The notes below the pieces were generated by a model. The model saw nothing but the letters and a program-made list of their open reading frames with translations, made no database searches and was not told where the DNA came from. From assembly GCA_963663385.2 (NCBI GenBank), contig CAXXXD010000003.1:640001-704000 (forward strand): a stretch of DNA of 64,000 nucleotides. Reading direction: 5' to 3'. This document shows, piece by piece, positions 37,374 to 47,511 of this stretch. This DNA comes from Oceanispirochaeta sp. GTDB lineage: Bacteria; Spirochaetota; Spirochaetia; DSM-2461. The position numbers were made by a program, and so were the translations under genes. Numbering within the stretch: position 1 is the first letter of the stretch; the number at the start of each line of letters is the position of its first letter.

Positions 37374-38543
37374 TCAGCTGATCAGATTCTTTAATACCCG
37401 TCCTTTGACAATTGTAACCAGCACATTGAACTGTCTGTCAAATACGGTAATATCCGCATCGCTTCCCGGGACAAGGGTTCCCAGTTTGGGGAAGCCCAGA
37501 ATCCGGGCAGGGTTGCTCCCCGCCATCTGAACGGCCTGTTCAATGGGAATCTGCCAGGAGACAAGGTTCTGAATTCCCTTGATCATGGTCAGACAGGATC
37601 CGGCAAAAACTCCGTCTTTCTTTTTAAATACATTTTCATCAAGGATTACCTCTTCATTATTGGCTAAAAGAGGAGCACTGTGCTGTTCCGTAGGCTTCAA
37701 CCCGTCCGTTACCAGTACAACCTTGCTGACCGGTTTATCCCTCATTAAAAGCCGGATAAGCTCCGGATGTACATGTTCTCCATCAGCTATGATTTCACAG
37801 GACATTTCAGGATGAATCATAATGGCGCCCACCGCACCGGGATTCCGGTGGTGAAGACGGCTCATGGCATTGAAAAAGTGGGTGGAGTGAAGTATCCCCG
37901 CCTGCATGCCTTCCACCATGTTCTCGTAGGCCGCATCCGTATGACCGGCCTGCAGGGTTATCCCCTTTTTAAGGCAGTAGAGAGCCAGTTCCCGCATCTT
38001 CTTCAGTTCCGGTGCAACCGTCATATTTGTAATCAGGCCTTCTCCCGCCTGATAAAGGCGTTCCATCAGCTCCATATCAACGGGGCTGCAGCCATCTTTA
38101 TTCTGAGCGCCCAGTCTTTTTTCAGAAATAAAGGGGCCTTCCAGGTGTATTCCCAGTATGGATGCTCCCTTCTCCTGACCTTTAGCTTTAACTATGGCCT
38201 TGATAGCCGGGATCATTTTGTCTTCCGTATTGGAGTATATGGTAGGGCAGAAGGATGTTACACCGTATCCGGCCAGTTTTTCCGACATGCCCAGTATGGA
38301 GTTTTTATCGGCATCCTCCGTACCGTAACCCCCAAAACCATGGATATGGGAATCAATAAACCCCGGAGCTATCCAGGCCCCGCCTACATCATAGACCAGG
38401 GCATCGGCAGAGATTTTTTTTTCGTGAAAACGCTTAAGGCTGATAACATCCCCGATTTCGCCGTTTTCGATATAGATACAGCATTTTTCCTGCTGCAGGT
38501 AACCCGTAATTACGGTACCATTGATCAGCCATATATTACTCAT
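37374..38543 (-). CDS. nagA: N-acetylhexosamine-phosphate deacetylase (NagA/AgaA family)
   Basis: PGFIDSHIHG, HLEGPFI, THFFNAM, IADGEHVHP, LVTD. Confidence 0.88.
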   Translation of the reverse strand: MSNIWLINGTVITGYLQQEKCCIYIENGEIGDVISLKRFHEKKISADALVYDVGGAWIAPGFIDSHIHGFGGYGTEDADKNSILGMSEKLAGYGVTSFCPTIYSNTEDKMIPAIKAIVKAKGQEKGASILGIHLEGPFISEKRLGAQNKDGCSPVDMELMERLYQAGEGLITNMTVAPELKKMRELALYCLKKGITLQAGHTDAAYENMVEGMQAGILHSTHFFNAMSRLHHRNPGAVGAIMIHPEMSCEIIADGEHVHPELIRLLMRDKPVSKVVLVTDGLKPTEQHSAPLLANNEEVILDENVFKKKDGVFAGSCLTMIKGIQNLVSWQIPIEQAVQMAGSNPARILGFPKLGTLVPGSDADITVFDRQFNVLVTIVKGRVLKNLIS

Positions 38544-39987
38544 TAATCAACTCCTCCAGTATGGCAGCCCCATCAGAAGGTTTTACAGAAAAAAGCATCT
38601 TCCCGCCTTCAGGGTAATTCAGGTATTTATTGTAGTACTCTTCCAGCAGAGCCTTGCGGTATGTTTCTCCTTTATCTTTATTGACAAGGTGGACACTGCA
38701 TCCTCCGAATCCGGCTCCCGTCAAACGGCATCCCTCCGCACCGTTCTCATTTCCAATGGTAATCAGTTTATCCAGTTCGGGGCAGCTTATTTCATGATTA
38801 TCCCGGCAGCTGCCGTGGGATTCGTTCATCAGGCGTCCGAAGTCTGTTATCCTGTTTTCCAGGAGGGCGTTTTTAGAATCTTCCACTCTGTTCCATTCGG
38901 TCAATACATGGAAAGCTCTTTTGTAGAGCAGGAAGCCTTCTTCGGGTTCGGGAAAATCCGTTCCGTCTTTGCGGTAACACCACTTCCGGTTCAATTCCTT
39001 TTCGTTTACCTTCAGGATGCGGCAGAGTTCTTCCTTTGAATACCCGTCGGTTTTCAAAACTTCCTGCAGTTTTGTTTTCGCACCTTTTCCGCTCTCATAC
39101 CAGGAACCGGAAAGATCTCCCAGAAAATTTATCGCCGGCTGACCTTTTTCTTCCAGAAAACGGCTTATCAAAGCGGCTGCCAGGCGGCATTCGATGCTCC
39201 TTCGGTTGTATTTATCCATTACCTCCCGGGTTTTGGGGGCTTCCACAGTTGAATGGGCCACCAGTATTTCGAATCTTTCGGGCAGGGGGAAGCTGGCCGT
39301 TTTGAGGGGGGCAAAATCTATCTTCACAGCTTTTCCCGCTTCGCCCAACAGGATGGCCGCCTGATCCATTCCGCCTCCCTGGGTTCCCGTATACCGTTCG
39401 GCCCGGGCCAGAAGGTCGGCCAGATCCTTTTTATCCATCCTGCGATTGTTCACATGAAGGAATACCAGGGCAGTTAATACAACCAGTGCGGATGAAGAGC
39501 TCATCCCTGCCGCCGGAGGGATCTGGCTATGGAACATCAGGTTAAATCCGACAGCTTCTTCCGCAGGAACTACAGTTTCCTCAATCAAACCCTGAACGGC
39601 TGCCTTGATATAGTTCGCCCAGTCTCCCCCCGGATGAGGCTGTATCTGCCGACTCAGAAAGAAATCCCGTTCTCCAAAGGCCGGGTTGAAATCAGCGATA
39701 CGGACTTTGCGGTCGTTCCTGGGGGAAAAAAAACCGATAATATCCCTGTCAACCGCCATAGGGAATACGGGACAGTGATTATAGTCCGTATGTTCTCCTA
39801 TCAGATTAATCCGGCCGGGGGAACGAACGGGCAGGAATTTCTCACTGCCGCTCCATTGGCTGAAACGCTCAAAAATCTGTTTATACCGTTCTTTCTGAGC
39901 GGGTATATCTTCTTCCCGATAGATACGGGACATCCACTCACTCCCTTCGGGGCCGGTCAGGTATTCTGTAATTGTTCGATTATTCAT
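38536..39987 (-). CDS. galK: GHMP galactokinase-family kinase of the long GALK2/Gal1 type (possible GalNAc kinase)
   Basis: PGRINLIGEHTDY, GMSSSSA, GGMDQ, RLTGAGFGG; YNRRSIECRLAA and LYKRAFHV flank a long insertion. Confidence 0.85.
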   Translation of the reverse strand: MNNRTITEYLTGPEGSEWMSRIYREEDIPAQKERYKQIFERFSQWSGSEKFLPVRSPGRINLIGEHTDYNHCPVFPMAVDRDIIGFFSPRNDRKVRIADFNPAFGERDFFLSRQIQPHPGGDWANYIKAAVQGLIEETVVPAEEAVGFNLMFHSQIPPAAGMSSSSALVVLTALVFLHVNNRRMDKKDLADLLARAERYTGTQGGGMDQAAILLGEAGKAVKIDFAPLKTASFPLPERFEILVAHSTVEAPKTREVMDKYNRRSIECRLAAALISRFLEEKGQPAINFLGDLSGSWYESGKGAKTKLQEVLKTDGYSKEELCRILKVNEKELNRKWCYRKDGTDFPEPEEGFLLYKRAFHVLTEWNRVEDSKNALLENRITDFGRLMNESHGSCRDNHEISCPELDKLITIGNENGAEGCRLTGAGFGGCSVHLVNKDKGETYRKALLEEYYNKYLNYPEGGKMLFSVKPSDGAAILEELINE

Positions 39988-42041
39988 TTATTATCCTCCC
40001 AAAGCATGGTTAAGATTCTTTCCGCTTCTCCTTCAAGGCTCATATCAAAGGGGGATATCCCTTTATAAAAATCCCTGAGAACTTCACGGGTATTCTCTTT
40101 CAGTTCTTTTGCTGTTTCCGGGTCTTTCGGCGGTGGGAAAATCCACTCTCCGGCGGCTTCTACGACGCCGATTCCCTCTGATTTGATGTTGTTGCGGTTT
40201 TCGGGGTTGCGATGGTCTGAATTCCTCAGGATAAGAGCCATTTTATAATTTTCCCCATTCTTCCAGAAAAGCAGGTTGAAGGTGTTCTTTTCCGGACACT
40301 TGTCCTTCCAGTTTCTGATAATCCGTGTTCCCTTATTCACCAGGTCTTCTCTGCATTGTCCGGTCAGGCAAAGTACCGGCATGGGGAAGTTCAGCATCTC
40401 TCCGGTAATCCCCCGTTCCCGATGGAGCACTCCCTTCAGGGGGGAGGCATCCATCAGAGGGAGCCTGTGGTCCTTGAATACCTGAAAATGGGAGTGGGAG
40501 AGAATGGAAGCGCCCGCCCAGGCCCGGTCCGAATTGGAACAGATGGTATAACCTGGCATCTTTTTAAGGAGAAGCAGCCCGTCTTCCAGTGCCTCTCTGC
40601 CTATATCCATAGGAGTATGGATCCGGTTTATCAGTACAAAATGACGGGGAGAGAGGGGGAACGGGGTCAGTTGAGCAAAATAGTTCCTGCCGTTTTCCAG
40701 AGGAATATCATAAACCCTGAGATTCTCCTTTCCCCTGGCTCCAGCATTTTCCCGGCAGATAAGGCAGGAGGCTCCCGGCGCATCCGGGGCTTTTACCGCC
40801 TGATACCGGGCCCGTGCGTAGTTTATCTGATAGACCAGGTTGATATCCCTGTCCATATCATAGAGGGTAAAGCGGTCATTGGATTCAAGCTTTTCTCTGG
40901 TGAGATAACCTGACCGGAAGCACCACTTGTAGAGCTCTTCCAGGGCACTGTTCAGACAGTCCCTGTTTTCTATATTTCTCAGATATTCCGAAAGGGTCTT
41001 CTGATCAGCATCGGCTGCAGGAGTCACCCTTTTGGCTGAAGTACTGTCCCGCGGGATTAATTGTCCGGACAAAGGCTGATAGGTCCGGGGGGGCAGGCCG
41101 TCCAGTACGGATCTTATCTCCTGAAGGGCTATCTCTCCCAGATGCTGCCAGGGAAAAGACCATGTTGTTAACCCGGGATGGCAATAGGCCGCTTCCCGGA
41201 TTCCGTCAAACCCTGCTACAGCCATCTCATCAGGAACGGAAATTCCTCTGTCTTCCAGGCAGGACAGTGCTCCCAGTGCTCTCAGATCTGTCGAACAGAT
41301 CAGTACATCCGCATCGATATTCCCGTCCAGCAGCCTGCTGCAGGCGTCATACCCATCCTGTATAGTTCCGTTACACTCGGCAATATTCTCCTGTCCTATC
41401 TCCGGGTATCCCCTGTCAATCAGACTCTGATTAATCAGGGACACCCGGTTTTTCTGAGTTGTTCCGATATAGGCAGGTCTATGAAATCCCCTGGAAACAA
41501 GATGGTTCACAATCCCCCTGAGCCCTCCGGCCAGATCCAGTTCGTAATGGAGAGGGATAACAGGTTTCTCCAGGAGAGCAAGCCGCTCCGGTTCAATACA
41601 GCGAAAACTGATGAATCCATCGAAATCTTTATTAAGATCGGGATTGACAGCTCCTTCTGGAATCATTTCCAGGGAGATATTCATATCCAGGGCATTCTTC
41701 ATAACACCGTTAAGCATTTCCATATGATTGTGCCAGGTATACTCCCAGGTATCGGAACCGGAAAACTCCCTGTTGCTCAGCAGTATTCCCACCTTGCAGT
41801 TTTTCAGACGGATCAGAAAATCTGATGTAAGGAAAGTCCCTTTTCCGGCAGACCGTTCAATAATCCCCTCCCGTACCAGTTCATTCAGGGATGAGCGGAC
41901 CGTTCCACGTCCCACCTGGAATTTTTCCATTATCTCATGTTCAGTGGGCAGCTGGTCTTCCGGTTTAAAATCCCTGACAAACCAGTTCTTCAGGGTCTGG
42001 TATAGTTTATTTCCAATCGTGGTTTCTGTTTCTTTTCCCAT
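39984..42041 (-). CDS. GntR HTH + LacI-type sensor domain + HIT/GalT-like (DUF4922-like) nucleotidyltransferase domain fusion
   Basis: LPTEHEI...VGRGTVR...GKGTF (GntR); VPDEMAVAGFDG, LTT and LIPRDST (LacI sensor); CLIC, PFP..HF and GASILSHSHFQ (HIT-like). Confidence 0.8.
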   Translation of the reverse strand: MGKETETTIGNKLYQTLKNWFVRDFKPEDQLPTEHEIMEKFQVGRGTVRSSLNELVREGIIERSAGKGTFLTSDFLIRLKNCKVGILLSNREFSGSDTWEYTWHNHMEMLNGVMKNALDMNISLEMIPEGAVNPDLNKDFDGFISFRCIEPERLALLEKPVIPLHYELDLAGGLRGIVNHLVSRGFHRPAYIGTTQKNRVSLINQSLIDRGYPEIGQENIAECNGTIQDGYDACSRLLDGNIDADVLICSTDLRALGALSCLEDRGISVPDEMAVAGFDGIREAAYCHPGLTTWSFPWQHLGEIALQEIRSVLDGLPPRTYQPLSGQLIPRDSTSAKRVTPAADADQKTLSEYLRNIENRDCLNSALEELYKWCFRSGYLTREKLESNDRFTLYDMDRDINLVYQINYARARYQAVKAPDAPGASCLICRENAGARGKENLRVYDIPLENGRNYFAQLTPFPLSPRHFVLINRIHTPMDIGREALEDGLLLLKKMPGYTICSNSDRAWAGASILSHSHFQVFKDHRLPLMDASPLKGVLHRERGITGEMLNFPMPVLCLTGQCREDLVNKGTRIIRNWKDKCPEKNTFNLLFWKNGENYKMALILRNSDHRNPENRNNIKSEGIGVVEAAGEWIFPPPKDPETAKELKENTREVLRDFYKGISPFDMSLEGEAERILTMLWEDNK

Positions 42042-42064
42042 TGTATTCTCATAAACTGATTTAA

Positions 42065-42110
42065 TTGTTCGAACAAATAAAATACTATATCAGTTCTTCT
42101 GAGAAATCAA
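42065..42110 (-). promoter_or_regulatory. Promoter with palindromic operator for the regulator-galK-nagA operon
   Basis: TTGATT-N17-TAGTAT (42110-42082); perfect palindrome TTGTTCGAACAA at 42065-42076 at the predicted +1; second copy at 42148-42157. Confidence 0.7.
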
Positions 42111-42158
42111 GGGTTGATCGGCTATTTGACAGACAAATTAATTACTATGTTCGAACAA

Positions 42159-42854
42159 TTAACTGTTAATGAACTGTTCCGCCTGATTGGCTATAAACTC
42201 GTCCAGACCGGAAAGGCGGATGCGTTTAACAACTTCCGTTGTTTTCCGGCAGCCGAATTTCCGATGGATTCCCGTAATATGGGTTTTTACCGTGACAATC
42301 TCGATATTCCTGATGGAAGCTATCTGGTTCTGCTTCTTTCCGGCCAGGAGATAACTTAATATAATGGTTTCTGTATTTGTGAGGGAGGTGACTATTCTCA
42401 TTATCTCCATCATGGCTGATTTGTCTTCCCGGACCTGCTGAAGCTGTCGGCGGATGACCTCGGAAGCGTGGGGATGGATTCTGGACTTACCCTCATAGGC
42501 GTTGCGGACAGCTTCGATTATGTCGGAGAGAGAACTGGTTTTAAGTATGTAGTTTACGGCGCCTGCCCTGAACGCGCTCAAAATCTTGTCTTCCTCCTCG
42601 TGGCAGGTCAGCATAATAGTCGTAATCTCAGGATACTCTTTTGTAACTCTCTGACAGTATTCGATCCCTGCATTGGGGGAATCCATTTCTATATCCAGAA
42701 GGAGAACATTTGTTTCTGTGGACTTCAGCAGTGAGAATAACTCCGCACCATCAGCTGCGGAACCGACAACACTGATACCTGACTCATGATCCAGAAGATT
42801 TGAGTAGATGTTTCTCAATTCTGAAAAGTCTTCAGCCACAATGCATTTAATCAT
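42159..42854 (-). CDS. NarL/LuxR-family response regulator
   Basis: REC domain (AED, LLDIEM, YILK) plus LuxR HTH (LTNTE, TVKTHI). Confidence 0.92.
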   Translation of the reverse strand: MIKCIVAEDFSELRNIYSNLLDHESGISVVGSAADGAELFSLLKSTETNVLLLDIEMDSPNAGIEYCQRVTKEYPEITTIMLTCHEEEDKILSAFRAGAVNYILKTSSLSDIIEAVRNAYEGKSRIHPHASEVIRRQLQQVREDKSAMMEIMRIVTSLTNTETIILSYLLAGKKQNQIASIRNIEIVTVKTHITGIHRKFGCRKTTEVVKRIRLSGLDEFIANQAEQFINS

Positions 42855-44344
42855 TTTTTTCTCTCCGTGGTATGCAGATAAATATTTACAGTTGTCCCGT
42901 TTCCGGCAGTGCTGGCAACTTCAATGCTTCCTCCGAATGCTTCCATTACATTACGACAGTAGGAAAGACCCAGTCCCCAGTTACTGATGGAAGGTTTGGT
43001 TGTAAAGAAGGGATTGAATACCTGTTTCTGTATTTTATCGGGGATGCCGGATCCTGTATCTTTTAAAGAGATTATACAGTAGTTCTGTTTAAAATACTGT
43101 TTGACCCAGATAATTTTCAGGGCGCTTTTTTCAGAGGCTTCAATACTGTTGGAAAGGAGATTCCTGATGACTTCCTGAAAATGGTTCCTGTCAATCATAA
43201 GCATCCCGTATTCACCCTTAAGGTGAAAATCCCAGGCCCTGTATTCGACTCTGTACTCTCTGATAATTTCTTCCAGGAGCCGGTAAAGGTCTTCCATGGT
43301 GTAATTAAGGCTGAGGGTTCCGGTTTTTCGAGTCAGTTTGCCCAGCTGGTCTATGGAATCACTGCAGATCTTTTCAACTCTGAGAGCGGTTTCCCGGATT
43401 TCCTCATCCTTCAGTTTCCCCTGTGAGATTTGTGAAACCAGAAGACGGGCGGCAATGAACTGGTTTTTGATGGAGTGAGAGAAAATTTTCATACCCTGTT
43501 CCGCCGTGTTGACTCTGGTTGAAAAATTGAGTTCCTTTCGCTGTGTGCTCATCTGAAGGATTCTGAAGCGGTAGATTGAGTATGTCAGTACAAGTATGGA
43601 TGCCGAAGCTATTACCAGAATCAGCAGATATACCTCCCGGTTGTAGGGCATGTTGATACTCTGCAGGAAGGCATAGCGGGTATAATAGACACTATGGTTG
43701 GGAAACCAGTAGAAAAGAACCAGGAATACCATATGAATGGGAGCCAGGCTGATAATGGTAAGCATCAGACGGGATTTGTTAACGGGAATTACTTTCCGGT
43801 AATTTCGGAACATAAGGTATATGGAGAGGAGTATGCCGGTTTTAAGGAGAATATTTCCCATCAGGTTCCAGAATTTCAGCAGATTTGTGGTATTTGCATT
43901 CACGGTTCGACCATCGAATGGTGTACGGGGAATGGCAAAAAAAGTCCTGATAAACTCAGGATCAAACAGAATCAGAAAAAGTACACCCAGAAAAAGAATG
44001 CTTCGCTTCTTGCTCCTGATCCGTCTGTCGGGAATCAGGGTTACCGAAAAATAAAGGGCTCCCATGGTGTAAAGAACTGTTCCCAGGTTCATAATCCGGT
44101 ACACATCGAAGAGTTCCAGATCCAGCAGGTAGTTGATCTTCCAGATAATATCCGATAAACCGCTGAACAGATTGTTCTCGGTAAAAGTGGAATAGGCCAG
44201 GTATTCGCTGTAAACAGCCAATCCTCCGCAGCCGATAAGAAAACCGGCAAAAACCAGAAAAAACCAGAAACTCTGGGGATTCCGGAAATTCGTCAGGAGA
44301 ATGGCAATCCCCAGAAGGGTATATATCAGCAGGAACGGAAACAT
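42851..44344 (-). CDS. Multi-TM sensor histidine kinase
   Basis: FSHSIKN H-box, NLLSNS N-box, DTGSGI, FNPFFTTK, GLGL. Confidence 0.92.
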   Translation of the reverse strand: MFPFLLIYTLLGIAILLTNFRNPQSFWFFLVFAGFLIGCGGLAVYSEYLAYSTFTENNLFSGLSDIIWKINYLLDLELFDVYRIMNLGTVLYTMGALYFSVTLIPDRRIRSKKRSILFLGVLFLILFDPEFIRTFFAIPRTPFDGRTVNANTTNLLKFWNLMGNILLKTGILLSIYLMFRNYRKVIPVNKSRLMLTIISLAPIHMVFLVLFYWFPNHSVYYTRYAFLQSINMPYNREVYLLILVIASASILVLTYSIYRFRILQMSTQRKELNFSTRVNTAEQGMKIFSHSIKNQFIAARLLVSQISQGKLKDEEIRETALRVEKICSDSIDQLGKLTRKTGTLSLNYTMEDLYRLLEEIIREYRVEYRAWDFHLKGEYGMLMIDRNHFQEVIRNLLSNSIEASEKSALKIIWVKQYFKQNYCIISLKDTGSGIPDKIQKQVFNPFFTTKPSISNWGLGLSYCRNVMEAFGGSIEVASTAGNGTTVNIYLHTTERKK

Positions 44345-45651
44345 CAGTCCTGGTCTTTCCAGTAACGGACTGATCTCCGCTGCAGTTCATCAATAAACTC
44401 AACGGGAGATATCTCCCCGAAGACAAGGGCGTCATTCAGGGGGTTGAATACTCTGGAAAACCATTCGGGGTAATGGAGGAGAACTCCCCCGTAGGGTATA
44501 TGGAACTGTTCTGCTTCTGTGATATAGGGACGAATATCCTTAAGGGCTTCGGGATAGGGGATATCCTTACGGGCAGAAATGTTCCCGGTTTTTTCTACAA
44601 GGAATCTGCTGTTTTCCCTTCGGATCATATACTGGAGAAACTCTTCGGCGCCTTCTCTGTTGTCTGCTCCCAGCGGAATGGCGCATCCGATCAGATAAGC
44701 CTCCATCTGGAAACGTTTATCCTCTTCCGTCAAATTGGGAAAAGGGAAGTATCCTGCTGTAAATTTCCTGTATTTCTCTGTTTCCGAGGGAATCCAGCTG
44801 CCGCAGAGGATAAAAGCGCTTTCGTTTGAAGCCCACTGTTTCTGGGCAAGGGGGAAAATGCTCCTTTGATAACCGTCCTGAAAAAAAGCGTAGTGCCGGT
44901 CACTCAGGGAAGCCACATAACGGGCCGCCATCAGATAGTCATCTTCCTGCCATGTCTCTCCGCTACGGTCCATTACTGCTTTGATAAAGGCTTCCGGATC
45001 GATTAGACGGCTGAGGAACCAGTAGTAGTAATAAGCGTTATAGTAGGGGATGGAGCCGTCGAGAGCCAGGGGATTGAATCCTTTTATTTTCAGACGAAAG
45101 CAGAGGTCCATGAAAGAGTCCCAGTCCTCCGGGACGGACAGGTCTTTCTCTTCAAAGAGTTGCTTATTATAGAAAAATCCCGAAGTAATCAGTTCGTAGG
45201 GAAAAAAATAGACCCTGTCGCCTATTTTATACAGATCCATGGCCCGCTCATAGAAGATATCTATCAACCTGTTCTGTCCTTCGGGGCCGGGGCTTTTATA
45301 AAAAAGGTCCGTCAGGTCCTCGGCCTGAATCTCTTTCCCTCCCAGAAAGGCGCCATTGAGTTCACTTAAATCCTGATCCACAAGATCCGGAGGATCTTCC
45401 ATCAGTATCCTTCCGCGTATGCTGGTCAGAACTTCCCTTCCTGCGAAAGTGAACTGAATCCTGTATCCTCGATCCTGAAGAAAGCTGTCCCCCAGCTCTT
45501 TCAGGTAAAGAGCCTGGGGCTCTCCTTCGGTCCACATGGAGACGTATTCGATTATACGTTTTTCATCATCCGGAAAACGAGGTGTACAAGAGAGGAATAA
45601 AAAAACTCCTGCCAGAGCAGGAGTCAGGAGAAGCGGGACTCTGCGGTTCAT
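44344..45651 (-). CDS. Extracellular solute-binding lipoprotein, probably a sensor partner of the kinase
   Basis: FLS-C lipobox, GFFYNKQLF, P-x-DWD SBP family 1 motifs; its stop overlaps the kinase start. Confidence 0.8.
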   Translation of the reverse strand: MNRRVPLLLTPALAGVFLFLSCTPRFPDDEKRIIEYVSMWTEGEPQALYLKELGDSFLQDRGYRIQFTFAGREVLTSIRGRILMEDPPDLVDQDLSELNGAFLGGKEIQAEDLTDLFYKSPGPEGQNRLIDIFYERAMDLYKIGDRVYFFPYELITSGFFYNKQLFEEKDLSVPEDWDSFMDLCFRLKIKGFNPLALDGSIPYYNAYYYYWFLSRLIDPEAFIKAVMDRSGETWQEDDYLMAARYVASLSDRHYAFFQDGYQRSIFPLAQKQWASNESAFILCGSWIPSETEKYRKFTAGYFPFPNLTEEDKRFQMEAYLIGCAIPLGADNREGAEEFLQYMIRRENSRFLVEKTGNISARKDIPYPEALKDIRPYITEAEQFHIPYGGVLLHYPEWFSRVFNPLNDALVFGEISPVEFIDELQRRSVRYWKDQD

Positions 45652-45698
45652 CTGGGTATACATGATAGCACAGAGTCCTGCCTGTAGCAAAGGGAAGA

Positions 45699-46541
45699 TC
45701 ACTCTTTGAGAGCGCCGCCTGCCAATCCGGATACAAGCTGTTTCTCAACCAGATAGAAAAGGATCAGTACCGGAAGGATAGCCAGGAAGGAAGCTGTCAT
45801 CAGCAGTTCCCATTCAACGGAAAAGCGGCCGACAAACTGGAACAGCCCGATGGGAAGCGGAGTCTTCCCCTTGGACTGAATGAAAGTCAGGGCAAAGAGG
45901 AATTCATTCCAGGCATAAATAAAGGTATATATGGTTGTTGTCACTATCCCCGGTGCAGCTATGGGCAGCAATACCCTTATCATGGCGCCGAAACGGGTAC
46001 AGCCGTCTATGCGGGCCGCCTCTTCAATTCCCTTGGGGATGGCGGCAAAATAACCGTTCAGCATCCAGATGGTAAAGGGAATGGTAAAAACCGCATTGGA
46101 CAGTATCAGACTGAAGTAGGTATCGATGATTCTGATGGATACGGCGATTTTAAAGAGGCTGATTACGACAATTACCGGAGAGAACATCTGTGTTACAAGA
46201 AAAGCGTACAATATGGCTTTTCTTCCCTTGAAACGCAGACGGGCAACAGCATAACCGGCTGGGATGCTGACCACTGTATTCAGCACAACCGCACCCAGGG
46301 CAATAATCAGGCTGCTTTTAAAGTATACGCTCAGAGGGAGTACAGCCCAGACATCCTTGAAATTCTGAAGCCGGATCTGCTTGGGCAGCCAATAGGTGGG
46401 GATGCTGTATATCTCATTGGGAGATTTCAGCATGGATACGATCATTATGGCAAAGGGAAAAAGCATGACAGCCAGCAGAAAAATTACAGCCGTATAGACA
46501 AACGATCTGTTTAGAAGGAATTTCCTTTTAGTGGTAACCAT
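45699..46541 (-). CDS. Carbohydrate ABC transporter permease (MalG-like)
   Basis: IEEAARIDG EAA loop and AWNEF; start placed at MVTTKR. Confidence 0.93.
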   Translation of the reverse strand: MVTTKRKFLLNRSFVYTAVIFLLAVMLFPFAIMIVSMLKSPNEIYSIPTYWLPKQIRLQNFKDVWAVLPLSVYFKSSLIIALGAVVLNTVVSIPAGYAVARLRFKGRKAILYAFLVTQMFSPVIVVISLFKIAVSIRIIDTYFSLILSNAVFTIPFTIWMLNGYFAAIPKGIEEAARIDGCTRFGAMIRVLLPIAAPGIVTTTIYTFIYAWNEFLFALTFIQSKGKTPLPIGLFQFVGRFSVEWELLMTASFLAILPVLILFYLVEKQLVSGLAGGALKE

Positions 46542-47443
46542 TATTCTTCCTCCCTTGCAAAATAGAATTTCGCATATACCATGCTGAAAAGGGAGAGGAT
46601 CAGGAACGTGATTACAGACAGTACAGCCGCATTCTGCCACTTAAGCCATTCGAAGCTGTTTTTGTAGATATAGGTAATCAGGATATCCGTTGATCCGGCG
46701 GGTCCGCCCTTGGTCAGGATATAAATCGTATTGAAGTCATTGAAAGTCCATAAGCCCGACAGCAGGGTGGCAATCATCAGAATCTCCCGGATGCCGGGGA
46801 TCGTGACATTTGTAAATTTCCGTCCCCAGCTGGCACCATCCATTTCGGCGGCTTCGTAGAGGGATTCGGGAATCGCCTGCATACCCGCAAGAAAAACCAG
46901 AGCCATAAAAGGCACGCCCAGCCAGACATCCGCCCACAGGGTGGCAAATAGGGCTGAAGCCGTTTCTCCCAGCCAGACCGGAGGTTTCGCCCATAAATGC
47001 AGGGATTTAAGGGTGTGGTTCAGCAAACCGAATTCATGGTGATAAACCCAGCGCCACAGCATAATGCTTATGGGTACAGAGGAGGCCCAGGGCGTTATAA
47101 AGAGCATCCGGGCAACTTTCTTCCCGGCAAACGGCACATTAAGAAGAAGAGCGATGATCATCCCGATAACGGTTTTCAGCAACACCGCCGAGATCGTCCA
47201 CAGGATTGTTCTCAGGATAACAATCCATGTCTCTCCGTTGGAGAGTATTTTGATATAATTGGCAAGACCTACAAAAGCTTTCAGATTGGAAAGTTTATCG
47301 GTTTTGAAAAAGGACATGATAAAAACATAAACAATGGGATAAACCATAAACAGAAGAAGCAGCAGCACCGACGGAGCCAGCAGCAGAAAAGCCAGCTTTG
47401 TTTCTTCTTTATGATTTTTTTTACTCAAACTTGTTTCCGGCAC
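46541..47443 (-). CDS. Carbohydrate ABC transporter permease (MalF-like)
   Basis: LYEAAEMDGA EAA loop and TKGGP. Confidence 0.93.
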   Translation of the reverse strand: MPETSLSKKNHKEETKLAFLLLAPSVLLLLLFMVYPIVYVFIMSFFKTDKLSNLKAFVGLANYIKILSNGETWIVILRTILWTISAVLLKTVIGMIIALLLNVPFAGKKVARMLFITPWASSVPISIMLWRWVYHHEFGLLNHTLKSLHLWAKPPVWLGETASALFATLWADVWLGVPFMALVFLAGMQAIPESLYEAAEMDGASWGRKFTNVTIPGIREILMIATLLSGLWTFNDFNTIYILTKGGPAGSTDILITYIYKNSFEWLKWQNAAVLSVITFLILSLFSMVYAKFYFAREEE

Positions 47444-47467
47444 GTTATTTCTCCAGAAAATTGATAG

Positions 47468-47490
47468 GGAGAGCCGGTTTCCCGGCTCCC
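47468..47490 (-). promoter_or_regulatory. Intercistronic stem-loop after the SBP gene (probable mRNA stabiliser)
   Basis: GGGAGAGCCGG-TTTC-CCGGCTCCC hairpin between SBP and permease. Confidence 0.5.
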
Positions 47491-47511
47491 GATTAAAACT
47501 CAGGAATCAGA

